From positions 124,001 through 188,000 of the forward strand of contig CT868651.1 of the NCBI GenBank assembly GCA_000165425.1: DNA of 64,000 bases. Reading direction: 5' to 3'. The translations under genes and the position numbers were made by a program. Of this stretch, positions 13,811-28,620 are shown in pieces. Each line of letters opens with the position of its first letter. The stretch's first letter is position 1. The notes beneath the pieces were generated by a model. That model had not been told where the DNA came from. It saw nothing but the letters and a program-made list of their open reading frames with translations, and searched no databases. The stretch comes from Paramecium tetraurelia (taxonomy: Eukaryota).

Positions 13811-14627
13811 AATTATAATCTTATAAAAATTATTCGATTAACAATTATCATTACCCTAATTCATCTATATATCTGCCACCAATTGGCACCTCCAAATCCT
13901 CCTGTATATCAATAAGGTCATAAAATCCATATTGCCAGATTAAACATATAAATTCTAATCTTCAAAATAGTAATTTCAAATCAGCTTAACTTTAATAAGG
14001 AAACAATCAAAATAAGAATACAATAATGAAATTAAGAATGGAATCGTAGTAGGTGTTAAAAAATAAAATCCCAATTATTTAATATTAAAATATTTATACT
14101 TATTACTCTAAAATAAACAAATTTTCATTGCAATTCTACTTTGAATTTTCAGGTGATCTTGGTTAACAGAATTTTAAGTTTTAAAATCAGAATTGTATAT
14201 CACTTTCCATTTAAAATTTTGTGACAAATTAATTAATGATTCTTTTTATTTTTAGAAGTTGATTATCAAAGAGACAATAAAATTGTATGACTGCTAACTA
14301 CTCGTCTTTCAAAAACTTTGTTTACTCTAAATTCTATTTGTTTATAAATTATAATTTTCAATCAGAAATATTTATATATTTAATGAAAATTAATTAGTAA
14401 GAAATTACAAAATTTATGTTTAAATAGTTTATTTAGAGTTTTGCGATTACATTTTTCAATCAGAATTTGGGGATTTAGGAACTATAATGATTAAAAGAGA
14501 GGAATTTTGGATTGGTTAAATTTGATTCAAAAAAAAAAGTATAGATAAATTTATCACCTTATCACAAATTTTTCATTATAAAAATCCCACTGAATCCTGT
14601 GTTCATATAAATAAATATTCAAATATA

Positions 14628-17600
14628 ATGATTGTTGATGATGCTCCAATATTAATTGAAGAAATTGCATAACCTATGGATTAAGAGGCATTTTTATCAG
14701 AGGAATATGAAATGCCTGGCAATAAATCATGTAGATTGGCGATATTTCCTCCCCATTTTTATTTTGGACTCGAAGATAAAAGAAATGCAATAAATTATAT
14801 TGCTCATGCAAAGGATGGAATTGAGTTCAAAATATAAATAGGATTTGAAATCAAGGATGGAAATGCTTCAATTCTAGTGATTTGCAGCGCCTTGAATGAA
14901 ATACTTGACTAATCGTAATATCTAAATAGTTTAATATAGGAAAATTTATAAATTATCTAGTACGATATTTTGTAAGAAAAACAAAAAATTAAAAGACGTT
15001 AAATTGGAGGCAAAGGAGGTTAGCATAAGAATACCATTGACTTAGAAATAAAAAGATGTTTAGTTTTGTTTAATGAATGAAATTTCAATTGAAGTTGCAC
15101 CAAAATATAACAGTCGTGATGAAGTAGGCTTTACCGGAATTATCAATAATGCTGCCACATGCTATATGAATAGTGTATTCTAAATATTATTCAATTTGGG
15201 CATATTCTAGAAGCTTGTATATTCTATAGAATCTGAATAACATAATCAATTTCCATGCACTGTATTTAATTTATTAACATTTTAGTTATAATCCTTGTTT
15301 TATAATCTGAAACATAGTAAAATAGCAATATCAACTCAGGATATAATCAAATCATTCAAGTGGGATGTTGATTAATAGGCAATCCAATAAGATGTTTAAG
15401 AATTCATTATGGAATTATTAAAAGCATTAGGAACTAAAGCTCCCTAGATAGAAAACGAAATCAATCACTTATTCTAGGGTGTACTTGAGAATCACATTAA
15501 AAATCAAATATTTGATAACAAGAATTAAGAATAATTTATGGATATTTAACTTAATATTACAAATTCGTTAAGAGAGTCTCTTGATATGTTTGTTGAAAAT
15601 GAACCATTAGATGCTTATATTCATGAAGAATTTGGTAAGTAAGAAGCAATAAAGTTCCATAAATTCAAGAAATTACCTCCTATTTTACTCATTAATCTAA
15701 AAAGATATTAATTTGATGGATAAGGATTTACTAAAATACATGATAGTTTCTAGTATGACAACATAATCAATTGTAAAGACTATTTAATAGATGAGGAAGA
15801 TAAATTCTATGAATTGTATGCAGTATTAGTTCATAGAGGAGAAGCAATAAATCATGGCCATTATTACTGTTACATAAAACCATTCTTTCAATCTTAATAA
15901 TGGTTTAAATTTGATGATAAGTTTGTTACTAGAGCCACACAAAAAGAGGTATTTCAGAATAACTTTGGAGGACAATACTAACTGCCCGAATACAATGAAG
16001 ATTTAGGTGAAGTTATTGTTGAAAATAAAAATAATCCAGAAACAGCTTATATGTTAGTGTATTTGGAGAAAAACAATCCAGATCTCTTGAATTAACCGGA
16101 TAAATATCCTGAGTGGATTTTACAACAGGAATAGAAGATCAATGATTTGTAATTTGAATAAAAGAACTATATCTCAACCTATCTATTCTCTATAAATCAT
16201 TTGAATTTGAATTAGAAATAATAAATTAAATCAGGAATTATATTCCATAGATAAGCATCTAATTAATCAATCGATTTTAATGCAGTTGAAGAATTTTTTG
16301 ATTAGTATACTACTCCTTTGCTTGTACCAAAAACAATTACTATACAGTAGATCATTGATTAATTATGCGATAAGATTAATATCAATAAAAATAATGCTCA
16401 TTTGCTCATTTATAGAATCACTCAACTTAAACCAAATTTAGAATCAGTAGTATTAATGTCACATCAAAAATAATTAACGTTTTATTTGGCAAATAAATGT
16501 TATCAAATGGGTTTGATGTTGATTTCAACTAATCCTGAGGATTAACAATTAATCAATAATTATTTAGGTTTGGATAAGATTAAACTGGAATAGACTCAGT
16601 AAAATGTAAAAAATGTAAAAGAACAGAAAGTTAATGATAATAAATTAATCATTTTTGTTAAGACTGTGAATAACTTGGTTGTTTCATTTAAATAAGTCCT
16701 ACTTTTTAATAAGGAGGAGAATATGGAAAATTTTATAATGAATGAATTCAATCAAGAACTTAAAGTCAATGTGTTATATTAAAATGACGGTATGCAAATC
16801 AAATAATCTAGCAAATTTAAAAACACAGAATACTATTAAGTATATTTGGATTACGAATATAAATTTTAGGCTAAAATCTTTGAAATTGAAAACATGAAGG
16901 AAGTATTAATCAGAGTTGTAAATGAAAATCAATGCATTTCTTAATTATTTAATAAAAATGACTCTGCTCAACACCTTTTGGAATATTTAGCTTAATTAGA
17001 AGATTGTCATCCTGATAACATATAGATTAAATATAAAGATAGAAAAGGCAATTATTAAGTACTGCAATAACAAATAATGATCGATGAAATCATTCAATAT
17101 GATAACAGTATAGCTTATAAACAGACTGTAGTTCCAGTTGGAGCAATGAAAGAATAAATAAGCTTTCAAGTTGATAATTAAACTTACATAATTCAAAAAA
17201 GTATGAGCTTTGGAGAATTTATGGAGTAAGAAAATCTTAAGGAAACAGTTCCTTTATTAACATCTAAAAAAGATTAGAAGGCAGCTTGGGTTTTATTGGA
17301 TCAAAATGCCAAGATATCAAAGACAATATCCAAGTATAACCTAAAGTTTGTTAAACCACTAATGTTAGGCAATGATATTTATGTAATATGCTTTTTGTAG
17401 AGTGTGGAAATAATTTTACTATGCAATCCATTGATAGTGTCGATATAAAAAACTTGTACTGCAGCATGAACTAATAAATTATATTATTGAAAATGTAAGT
17501 TTGAATCCAATAACTTATAAAACTCAATAAATCTAGATTAGTTAAGATGGTATATACAGCACTGAAGATTAGAAAACTTAAAAATTTGATTTACAATTAA

Positions 17601-17758
17601 GGATTAAAATAAATAATTAAGAAATCTCTTAAGATATAGCTGTGCAAATAGGTTCTTTATTGTCTGAGGAAAAATAATTAACACTTGTGATGACATTTTT
17701 GACCATCAGAGACACTAAGAATGATAAACTCAGATAAAAAGGTGTGCAAATTCTATGA
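14628..17758 (+). CDS. Ubiquitin-specific protease (USP7/UBP15-like, peptidase C19)
   Basis: Cys box GFTGIINNAATCYMNSVFQ; QQDVQEF; His box LYAVLVHRGEAINHGHYYCYIKP; WFKFDDKFV; AYMLVY; long C-terminal extension. Confidence 0.9.
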
Positions 17759-17797
17759 ATTAATTATAATATATCTTAGAAATATACCTTAATAAAA

Positions 17798-18876
17798 TCA
17801 TGTTTATGTCAGATATCTTATGTTTCTCATCCATTAATTATAAACCCAGGAATTGGAGATTGATTAAATTATTATTAAGCAATAACAATCTAATCAATTA
17901 GATCAATCTGTTTATCCAAAAATTTCAAGAATTGTTAATTTTCTCCTTATTTTCCAGTATACATATATGTACTAAAGCCTTCATCTGATAATGGCTTTAG
18001 ACTTATTGTATAGGTGACACCTTTTTTGAGTAATATTGACTTATATAGCATGATTTCATAGGGCTATTCCATTTATTTAAGTTTTTAATGATCTAAATAT
18101 ATTTCCTAAGTGTAATAATAGGATGATAAATCAAGACCTTCATGAATAGAGAACTACAGACGATGAATATCCTTTTGACAATTTAGTTGTTTACCATCAG
18201 CATTGACTCCTGTAAATAATTATGCATGAAGAATTCCATTTAATTCAAAACTAGATTTACAGAGGAATGGTTCTGCAAATCCTTAATTCTTCTTGAAAGT
18301 AAAAGTCTTAAATTTATCTCCGCTCTTCGCTATAGTTTAATGCTTCCAAATTTGTTGCACTGTATAATTATTTTAAACTACTACTGCATTTTACCCCATT
18401 ATCATTGGTTTAATAACGTTAATATTCAGATTAAATTATTATATTATCTCCTTTAATTTCATGATTACTGGTGATATTTACAATATTTTGAACATATCAG
18501 GCTTAATATATTCCAATTTATTATTCTTTGTAGAAAGAATATTTTTTAGTGAATGTGATGCCAAGTTATTAAATTGATTCTCGAATGTTATAATATCATT
18601 ATTAAAGTAAATTTGTTGGTATTCTTCTAACTTATACGCTTCTCTTAATTTTAAGCCTTCTTGAATTTTTAGATTGATTAATTTCTCAATTTCATCAGTT
18701 TCTTTATTAACTTAATTCCTAAGCTATTAAACCATTTACAATAATTGCTAATATTGATTAAAATCATCACCATCTAACTTGTATTCATAATAGTTCATTT
18801 TAAAGTTGAATAAATAATAATAAATTCTTTATTAAATTTTATTCTATAACAACTCAAAAATGAAATGAGTATTCAT
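17798..18876 (-). CDS. Hypothetical protein
   Basis: ATG at 18876 (MNTHFIFELLQ...), coding-like composition between two well-defined genes; no motif recognised; ends approximate. Confidence 0.45.
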
Positions 18877-19351
18877 ATTAAGATTTAATTTTAGAGAATA
18901 TCTGATTTAAATCTATTATGAACAGACTGTTTGTAGTTATCAAAACTATATTTTTCCAATTATAGGGATATTCTATAAAATAAGAATTATATTTCTGAAA
19001 TAAAAAGTAATTTCAAAATGATTTTCATTTTATTAAGCCTTTCTATTTCATAAAGTCTTCTTCTAATTAAATTATAACAGAATTAGTTGAAAGATAAATT
19101 ATTTTCAATGAGTAAAAATTTTCACTCTATTAGTCTAAGTTCATATATATCTATTGAATTGATTTCTACTTCTTTGGATTACTTAATAGAATTTATGTAG
19201 ATCATAGACAACAATTAAGCATATTGGTTGTAAAAAGTATACATCCCAATTTAAAGTAATCAGAAAGATTAGAAAGAAAATTAATAAATGAAAACTTTTC
19301 TGTACTTATAAAGATTAGCAAATCAAATGTACAAAAATAAAATTAAAATTA

Positions 19352-20765
<1,414 letters not shown>

Positions 20766-20804
20766 TATTTAAATAATTAACATGAATTTAGAAAACCTAT
20801 TATT

Positions 20805-22040
20805 TCAATCAATTTTGACTTTCTTACTTGCATCTTCCTTGGGTTCTTCCTCTTCTTCTTCTTTTTATTTTTCTTAAACGTTTTCTTGATTATTTTGTTA
20901 TACTACAGGGTTTTATTGTTGTTATTCAATGACTTCGACTCTCCTTCTTGCATTTCCAAAGTTCCCCAATTAAATTATTTATCTTTCTTCTTAAATAGGT
21001 TATTGAGTGAACTATTATTACTACACTTATTATTATTCAATAAGTTGTGCTTTATTCAACATTTCCTCACGTGCTCTCTTCCATTCCTCTGTTTGAATCT
21101 CTTTCCATGCTATATTTGTATCTTCTACTTTGTCATAAAGCATTGATAAAACTTGTTTCAATTCTTTAGTATCTTCATTGTCTAAAAACGATATTTTAAG
21201 ATGTTCTCTTTCATAAGCATCTTGAAGAGTAATCTATGTATATTAAAATGTCATACTTGTTTTTATTCTTTGTTTTGTAATTTGCAAAGGTGATTTTCTA
21301 ATATTTATAATGCTTTCAAATAAAACCCAAGGGCTTCCTCTTCTTTACCTTCCTTGTAATTGTACAAAGTGACATTTCCCAAGAAGAAGTAGGTCTCAGC
21401 AATGTCTCTGGAGATCTCTTGATTTTCACATTACAATCTCAATTATAAGGATTTTTATAAATTTTCTTAGGCATCATCGAATTTATCTCTCCATTAATCT
21501 AGCTCTGCAAGTTTTATATAGACCTTTGCTAGATTTCGCATATATTTAAATTCCTGGACTCCCTTATCCTTCTGCGATTAGACTTCCTTCTCTAGTATGA
21601 CTCTAGCAACTTCCAAATTTTCCCATGCAATATGAAAATCATCCAAATCTTCAATGTTCTCATGAGGTTTATTTTCCTACACTTTATGTTCTTCCTCGAT
21701 GTCTCCATCCTCTATTTATTCTCCTTCGTTTTCACTCTAAGTGTCTTCAGGGTCTTAAACACCAAGAGCATTGTTTTCTGCTTCCCTAGTTCTTTAACCA
21801 AATACATCTTGTTGTTCACTGAGTTTCAAAACTATAATTGTTCCATACATGTAGTAATACTATGTAAATCATTAAATATACTTCTGCCATTTCGACTGCT
21901 AATTCATCTTTATAATAAGCTAATGCTTATTGCATTACTCCTTGCATCATGACCTCAGCTTCATTATGTTTCCCCTCATTGAAGAGTTCCTTAGCCTTTC
22001 TGGCTTATTGATTTATGGTTTCAATGTCAACTTAATCCAT
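20805..22040 (-). CDS. NASP/Sim3/Hif1-family histone chaperone (SHNi-TPR)
   Basis: MDQVDIETINQQARKAKELF...YYYMYG..., acidic insert, DDFHIAWENLEVARVIL, KVYIKLAELDQWRDKFDDA, RDIAETYFFLG; basic C-terminus. Confidence 0.85.
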
Positions 22041-22120
22041 GACTGATTTTTGGCGCTTTTAAATTAATTAATCAAAAATGGGTGCATTTAATATCAGTTC
22101 AAAATATTTATAAATTAGAG

Positions 22121-23268
22121 TCAATTAAATGTTAATTTAAAAAATTCATGTTCTAATGCTTGCTTTGGAGTCAATCTTTTTAATGGTTCTATCACAATCA
22201 AGTTCTCTATTAGATTAAGCAGTTCCTATTAATTTTGTGGGATCAAGGCTTTGAACACCTTCATCAAATTCAATTCTTAAACCATGAATTAATCATCTGG
22301 CCATTTCAAAAAGGAGTCATTCAATTAGTATTCATTGAAGTATTCTCTGGCTTCATTTCTACATTGTTGGATCATCTCTATAGGAATAGGTCCACAATGT
22401 TTTTCAATCATTGCCAAATGATAAAAGTCATTACCTTTTGGTTTGAACAATTATTGGCCTATAATTAATAGATCATCATAAAAACCTGTAAATAATTCGA
22501 CTGCTATGCATCCCATACACCACATGTCACTTAAATTAGTCCATTTGTTTCTAAGAATTACCTCTGGTGCTCTATACTATCTAGTATTAATCAATTGGGA
22601 ATGGCACTCTGTCTAAAAGACTGCTCCTCCAAGATCTATTATTTTTACATGATAATGACCTTCTTTTTTCCTAATTATAGACTAATTAATTTGATTACCC
22701 TTTTTATTATTTGTCTATTAGTAGAATGTTTTCAGGTTTAAGATCTGTGTGGGTATATCCACTGGCATGCATAAAATCCAATCCTTAGAGACAGTCATAT
22801 AAAATTTCTTAAACGGCTTTCAATTCAAATCCTCCGAAATATTTTCCTCGCATAAAATCATACAAAGATAATCCAAGCTAAAAATTACTATGCCAATCTT
22901 ACATCCTCAAAAACAATGCAATAATTATCCTTGTGACTAAAGGCTTCGTATGCTCTGACAATTTTCTGGTTCCCTGGATGATACTCATTTTGTTAATGAA
23001 TGGTTCTCAGTATTCCATACTCAATCTTGGCACTTTGAATATGTCTCTTGACTGATTTAATGATTTTTATGGCCTTGAAGTCATTCTCTCCTCCATCAAA
23101 CACTCTCACCACTCTTCCAAATGTTCCATCTGAAATCGCCTACACAAATAAATATCTTTAATTGAATATCTCGTCTTTTTATAACTTGTAGTGTTTTTCC
23201 TTTTTTGTTTCCTCTTTCTCCCTTTAATTTTTAATCTTCTCTCTCTCCCTAGACCTACTCCATTCCAT
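22121..23268 (-). CDS. LAMMER/CLK-family protein kinase
   Basis: ISDGTFGRVVRV; HTDLKPENIL; IDLGGA; INTRQYRAPEVIL; YHLAMIEK (LAMMER motif). Confidence 0.9.
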
Positions 23269-24147
23269 TCAAATGACCAAATAAAAAGTACTTAAGTTAT
23301 TTATCCCATACTCCAAACTATCATCTACTTATAAATTAAAAATCCTGGTTGTTTAGCATAAAATAAATTGTTTTATTTTTTTTTATACATTAATTAATTA
23401 TTTTCCAAAAGCATTTTAATAAATTGTTTTTATTTTTTTATTCATTTTTTACAAAATCATATATATTTTACTTCATTTTTGATGGAATATCATATAAGTA
23501 ACAACTTAAAAACTAGTATTTTAGAGTAATAATCAAAATTTAAGGACTTTGAAATTAATAATGACAGTATATTAATACTTATTCCTCATTTATCATAAAT
23601 ATTTTGTTACCTATAGATTTAAATTGAAAAATTGTTTCCTACTTTTTCAATTATTTAAATAGATTTTTTTTTAATAAATTTTTTATTTCTATTATAAATT
23701 ACAATTATTTCAATTTTTTTAGAAATTAAGTTATTTTTTTCAAGGCATACGATATACTTAGAATATTTTTTATAAAATATAAATTACTTTTTCAAAAAAT
23801 AAAAAAATTAAAATAAATTTTCAAATAAAAAATTTTTTTGTTTTATAAATATATTATTTAATTTTCATAATTAAAATTATATTCTATCTCAAAATATCTT
23901 TAAAAATTATTCATATTTACATAAATATCTCATATTAGATTATAGTTATAAAAAGGAATTTCTCTATTTCAGAACTCTTATTCAGAAAAATTATTCTTCA
24001 AATTAAATCAAAATGCTTTTTTATATACCATCAAATTTCTTAGATTAAAAGGAAACCAATAATTAATTTAGTTTTCTTTAAAAACTATCCATTTAACAAT
24101 TAACTTATCAATCTTAAACTAACATAAATAACTATTAATTAAGATGA

Positions 24148-24163
24148 TTAGGGTTAGGGTTAG
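24148..24163 (+). repeat. (TTAGGG)2.7 telobox-like motif
   Basis: TTAGGGTTAGGGTTAG inside an extremely AT-rich ~1.1-kb intergenic region. Confidence 0.5.
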
Positions 24164-24389
24164 AACCATGGTTTTTCCTTCTAAAGATTGATATTTTGTA
24201 TTTAGATTATGCTATTTCATTTAAGGATTGAGGGTTGTTAATATGTTTTTGAATCTTACGTCATCAGAAATAACATATTATCAAAGAAAGAATATTTAAT
24301 TTAAACATATACATATATTCAATATTCAATCACTATTCTATTGATCATTTATAGTTTAAAATATTAATAAATATTTAAGAAAAAACAAA

Positions 24390-25110
24390 ATGAATTCCAA
24401 TAATTAGATTGAATTCTACTTGAATTCATAACAAGTGGATTTTATTTAAATGAAATTGCCCTAGGGTTTCTCTTTACACTTGGCTAGTCTAATTCATTAA
24501 AGAGAATAAAGGATTGTAATATTTGCATCTATTATATCAAGTCTAAAAAAGTTTCCAGGTTTGATGCAACTTTCAAGACCCATAAACTGGAATAGACAAG
24601 CCAAGAAGATATAGCACCAAGAAGAGCATAAAGAATACAACCTCAAAAATAAAAGGATAAAAAAGAGCCAGATAATAAACCATAAAAAATTCTGCAAAAA
24701 TAAAAGCATCATTAATATAATTAATAATAATCTTAATAATCGTAGCAATAACAATAACAACAACAATAATAAAGTCCAAAAATTGTGTAATAAATAATAT
24801 TAAATTAAGATCCAAGTTGTAAAAGCAAATGAGTCAATAAGAGAAATTAAACTTAGGGGAAAACATAAAACAATTAAAATATGAATATTTGAGAGGAGTT
24901 TGGGAAATAGTATAAGAGAGTGTCCAAGCAAATGGTGACGATGAAGTAGAATTTGACATTGATGTACTCCCTACTAAAACTGCCAGAAAATTAGAAGCTT
25001 ATGTAACAAGTAGATTGTAATTCTTACTTATTTAATTATTTAGATAAGCAAAAAAACATAAAAATGATGATGAAGAGAAATCCTTAGATCCTGATTCTTC
25101 AGATTAATGA
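24390..25110 (+). CDS. ET (NET) domain protein, short form
   Basis: EKLNLGENIKQLKYEYLRGVWEIVQESV...DEVEFDIDVLPTKTARKLEAYV; N-rich linker; intron near 25017-25043. Confidence 0.8.
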
Positions 25111-25219
25111 ATATACATTATCGAAGTTTTTTAAATTACTTTTAATTCCACTTTTATTTGTGATATAACTAATAATATTAACTAATGTAGAATTTATGAA
25201 ATTCTAACTGAATTCTAAC

Positions 25220-25874
25220 TCAACTCTAAACAGCCATTTGTAATCCCTTTTTAGTCAAATAAGATTGAACTCCCTTCATTTTTCTTTATTAATCTTTTGA
25301 GCATTTATAGAATCCCCATAAGTTGATCCAACTTAAACTCGCTCCAATTCCAGCAAATATGATCTTTGATTATTGTTCACATATTTACATCTACAAATTC
25401 AAATGACAAAACATTAGTAAATACAAAAAATGCCCATGCACATGATGCTCCAAATTAAAAAGTCCAAAATACTGACGAATCTATTTTACTTCTTTTGCAT
25501 TTATCGAAACATTCAAATCTCCAAATTTCATCTCCTTTTGGAGTAAAATCTGAATACCATCTTAAACCAACCAAAAATTTTCCTGTAATATTCTTAACAG
25601 TATAAAAGTCAAAAGAATGAAAAATCATAATCAGGATGTATTAAAATAATGTGCTTGATATTATTAACCCTAAAAATAGATATCTATTAATTATTATACT
25701 ATCTTTTACGAAAAAAATGCACAAAATTTAAAAAATATATGAAAAAAGCAAATGCCAGGATGGGCAGCTTTTGTTATATCATATTTTGAAATTTCCTCTC
25801 GATCTATTATATTAGCGTTATTAACCTTATTTGAGGATTGGTTTCATTTCGATTCCTTCATTCTTAGAATTCAT
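25220..25874 (-). CDS. TVP23: Golgi membrane protein TVP23/FAM18
   Basis: AHPGICFFHIFFK; SFDFYTVKNITGKFLVGLRWY; IWRFE; NLWGFYKC. Confidence 0.9.
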
Positions 25875-26579
25875 AAATAATAATACTTTAAACTAATTTA
25901 TAATAATAAATTTGTAATCTATATTAAATTTCTATTTTATATGAAATAAACCAGATTTAATCTGATGTTTCCTATAAGTAAATTGAGCTACTTTGATATT
26001 ATTATTCTATTGTCATATATAAACATTCAACTTATTTTAGATTAGTATTATTGAAATTTTAAATCTTATTATTGATCAAATATTAAAGGATTCCTCTCTT
26101 GTTTTAACCTTCATACAATTTGTATTAAATTTAACAACATAATCATATCTCTTCTAATTTGGACTTAAATGTTATATATAAAATTAAAAATTGAGGAATA
26201 CATTGAAGTTAATTTGACTGCATACTAGCAACCTTATCTAATCTGTCCTTTTTTTCAATTTCAATATGAATAATAATAGTTTAATCTATAGATTTAACAT
26301 ATTTATAAAATAAATATAAACAATGTTGATATATTTACCATTTTATTATTGATATTTCATTTGTGCAGATATCTATTAAATCATTAAGGAGCTATGTAAA
26401 CAATTATAATAAATTATCAAAAATGATATTCGATTATTAAGAGAAATCATTAAATATAATCTATGAACAACATTATTTCAGCTATCATGTATATTAATTC
26501 TAATAGCTTAGTTTAGACTATGTATATTTGAAATGGTTTTCATATAAATTAGTGTATAAGTTAAAATGAATATCAAAAA

Positions 26580-28073
26580 TCATTATGCTTTTGGTGGAAC
26601 CTGTTAGGTAAATACCTAGAATTAATTGCAGAATGTGGACTCAAAGAAGTATTAGTAACATTATGAAGAATATTATATTTGGACGAAGAATTAGATTATT
26701 TCGATATTGCACTTCTTTGTCTTGCTTCAGATTATTGACAGATGGACCTCAATTTATTTTTGATATTAGAGGTAGAGTTTAATTGTTGTTATTATTGTTA
26801 TTGTTATTATTATTACTATTAGGATTTATTCAATGGGCTTTTATCTAATAAATTTGAGTTTGAATAAGTATTTTTCAAGAATTTAGTGCTTCTGTATTAT
26901 TTAATAGATTATGCACTTTTTTATTCAATGAGCTACTTAAAAGTTTGTTATTATTTTTTCAATGCAAGTTCTTCAACGATTTTCTTTTGCTTATTAACTA
27001 AGGTAATGATTCTTGAATAATCCATTTTTTTATATAAAACATCTCTGTATGTAGAGATTGGATATTGTTTATCATCTTGCAATTAGAGTATAATAGATCC
27101 ATGATAGCAAATTTCCTCCTTAACGTTGCGATATTCTTTAAAATAAGAATGTTTTAAGCATTCATCAATGCTTAATCGTTTAGCAGGATCGTACTATAGT
27201 AATTTGGAGATGATATCTAATTCATCTTTAGGACAGCCAAGTAAAGAATTAAGTTTTTGTTTAGATGGTCTGAATTGGTTTAAAAATATTTATGATTGTC
27301 CGCCCATGGCAATTATTTCTTAGGCATTGGGACTACCAAGAATATCAACTATTTTTTCAAGTTGGTTTATAGTGCTGTTTCCAGAGAACAATGCTTTCCC
27401 TAGGATCATTTCTCCCATTAGACAACCAACGGACCATAAGTCAATACCATAAGAATAGGATTTGGAGCCAAGGAGAATTTCTGGAGCTCTGAACCATCTT
27501 GTAGCCACATAATCAGTTAAGATATCAGAATCATGTGATCCAACCATACGAGCTAGACCAAAGTCAGCCAATTTTATTTAGCATTCAGAATCAATTAAAA
27601 TATTAGCAGGTTTAAGATCTCTAGTATAAATATAAATAAATTACCGATGTATCATTCCTGCTGAGTGAATGTATTTCAATGCTTTAATTAATTAATATGT
27701 AATGTATCGACGATGCTCTGCTTATAGTATGTTAGCTCTGATGGCAATATGCAAATCTGTTTCCATATATTCAAATACAATGTAGAGATCGATTTTGTTA
27801 TTAGCAGGATAGGTTTCAATAATTGAGACAATGTTTGGGTGTTTCAGCTATTTAAGGAATGTAACCTAGCACACATTGAGAATATAATTATACTTCTCTA
27901 TATGTGCGCTGAGCGTCAGTGGGATTGTTGAATGCATCAAACACTTTTTTGAGTGCAACTATTTTTAGAGTTTTAAGATCTTTGGCTTTCCATACGATTC
28001 CATAGGCTCCTTTACCAATACGTTAGATGACCTCATATTTTTTGAGAATATGTTCATCAATATTTTCACTCAT
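26580..28073 (-). CDS. MAP kinase, ERK7/8 (MAPK15)-like, TDY activation motif
   Basis: [30 protein letters not shown]...[43 protein letters not shown]-rich tail. Confidence 0.93.
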
Positions 28074-28566
28074 TATTATTTATAATGTTATAATTCAGTA
28101 TCAGCAAGATAGTACTTCTCTTACATTTAGTGATATTTCTGATTGAGTTCAATGAATTTTTGCTTCCAAGCATTCACTTCATTCTAAAGTAGAGCCACTT
28201 TGCTCTCCTATGTCAAAATCTATTGTTATTGCTATTGAATAATTTCATTGAGATGAGATATTTATTATGTTTTTGGATCGATGTGCATTGAATACTTTCT
28301 CTCGTTGTTCATATTTTTCGCATCTGAAGGCATGGATGGGATATCTTCAGTACTGGCCATTCGAGATCTCATGTACAATGGAGGATTGTGGATTACATAT
28401 TTAGTGGGAGAGTACTGTTTGGCAGGAGAGGGCAGCCGAACTTCTCTGGTCTTTACAAAGGCAGGCTTCATTTTAATGGATTGATTACCACTCGAGACAT
28501 TCCAGGCATGTTCACCCTTTAAGGAGACATTCTTTACAGTTGTGAATATTGTGATGGGCTTAGCAT
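28070..28566 (-). CDS. Small hypothetical protein with C-terminal coiled coil
   Basis: MLSPSQYSQLQRMSPQRVNMPGMSRVVINPLKMKPAF...AWKQKFIELNQKYHQMQEKYYLADTELQHYKQQ*; its TGA overlaps the MAPK ATG. Confidence 0.7.
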
Positions 28567-28620
28567 ATAAAATAAATAAAAATTAATAAATTTAATTCCA
28601 TAAATATTAAAATACAACAT

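Noticed and set aside
19018..19350. Upstream ORF or extension before the CaMK-like kinase
   Set aside because: It is out of frame with the kinase ATG at 19352 and has no recognisable motif.
24148..24163. TTAGGG repeat as a telomere addition or chromosome fragmentation site
   Set aside because: Paramecium telomeric repeats are TTGGGG/TTTGGG, and this is internal and under 3 units.
26775..26822. TTA/TTG/CTA triplet run resembling a stop-codon array
   Set aside because: It encodes poly-Gln in the MAPK tail (TAA/TAG/CAA on the minus strand).
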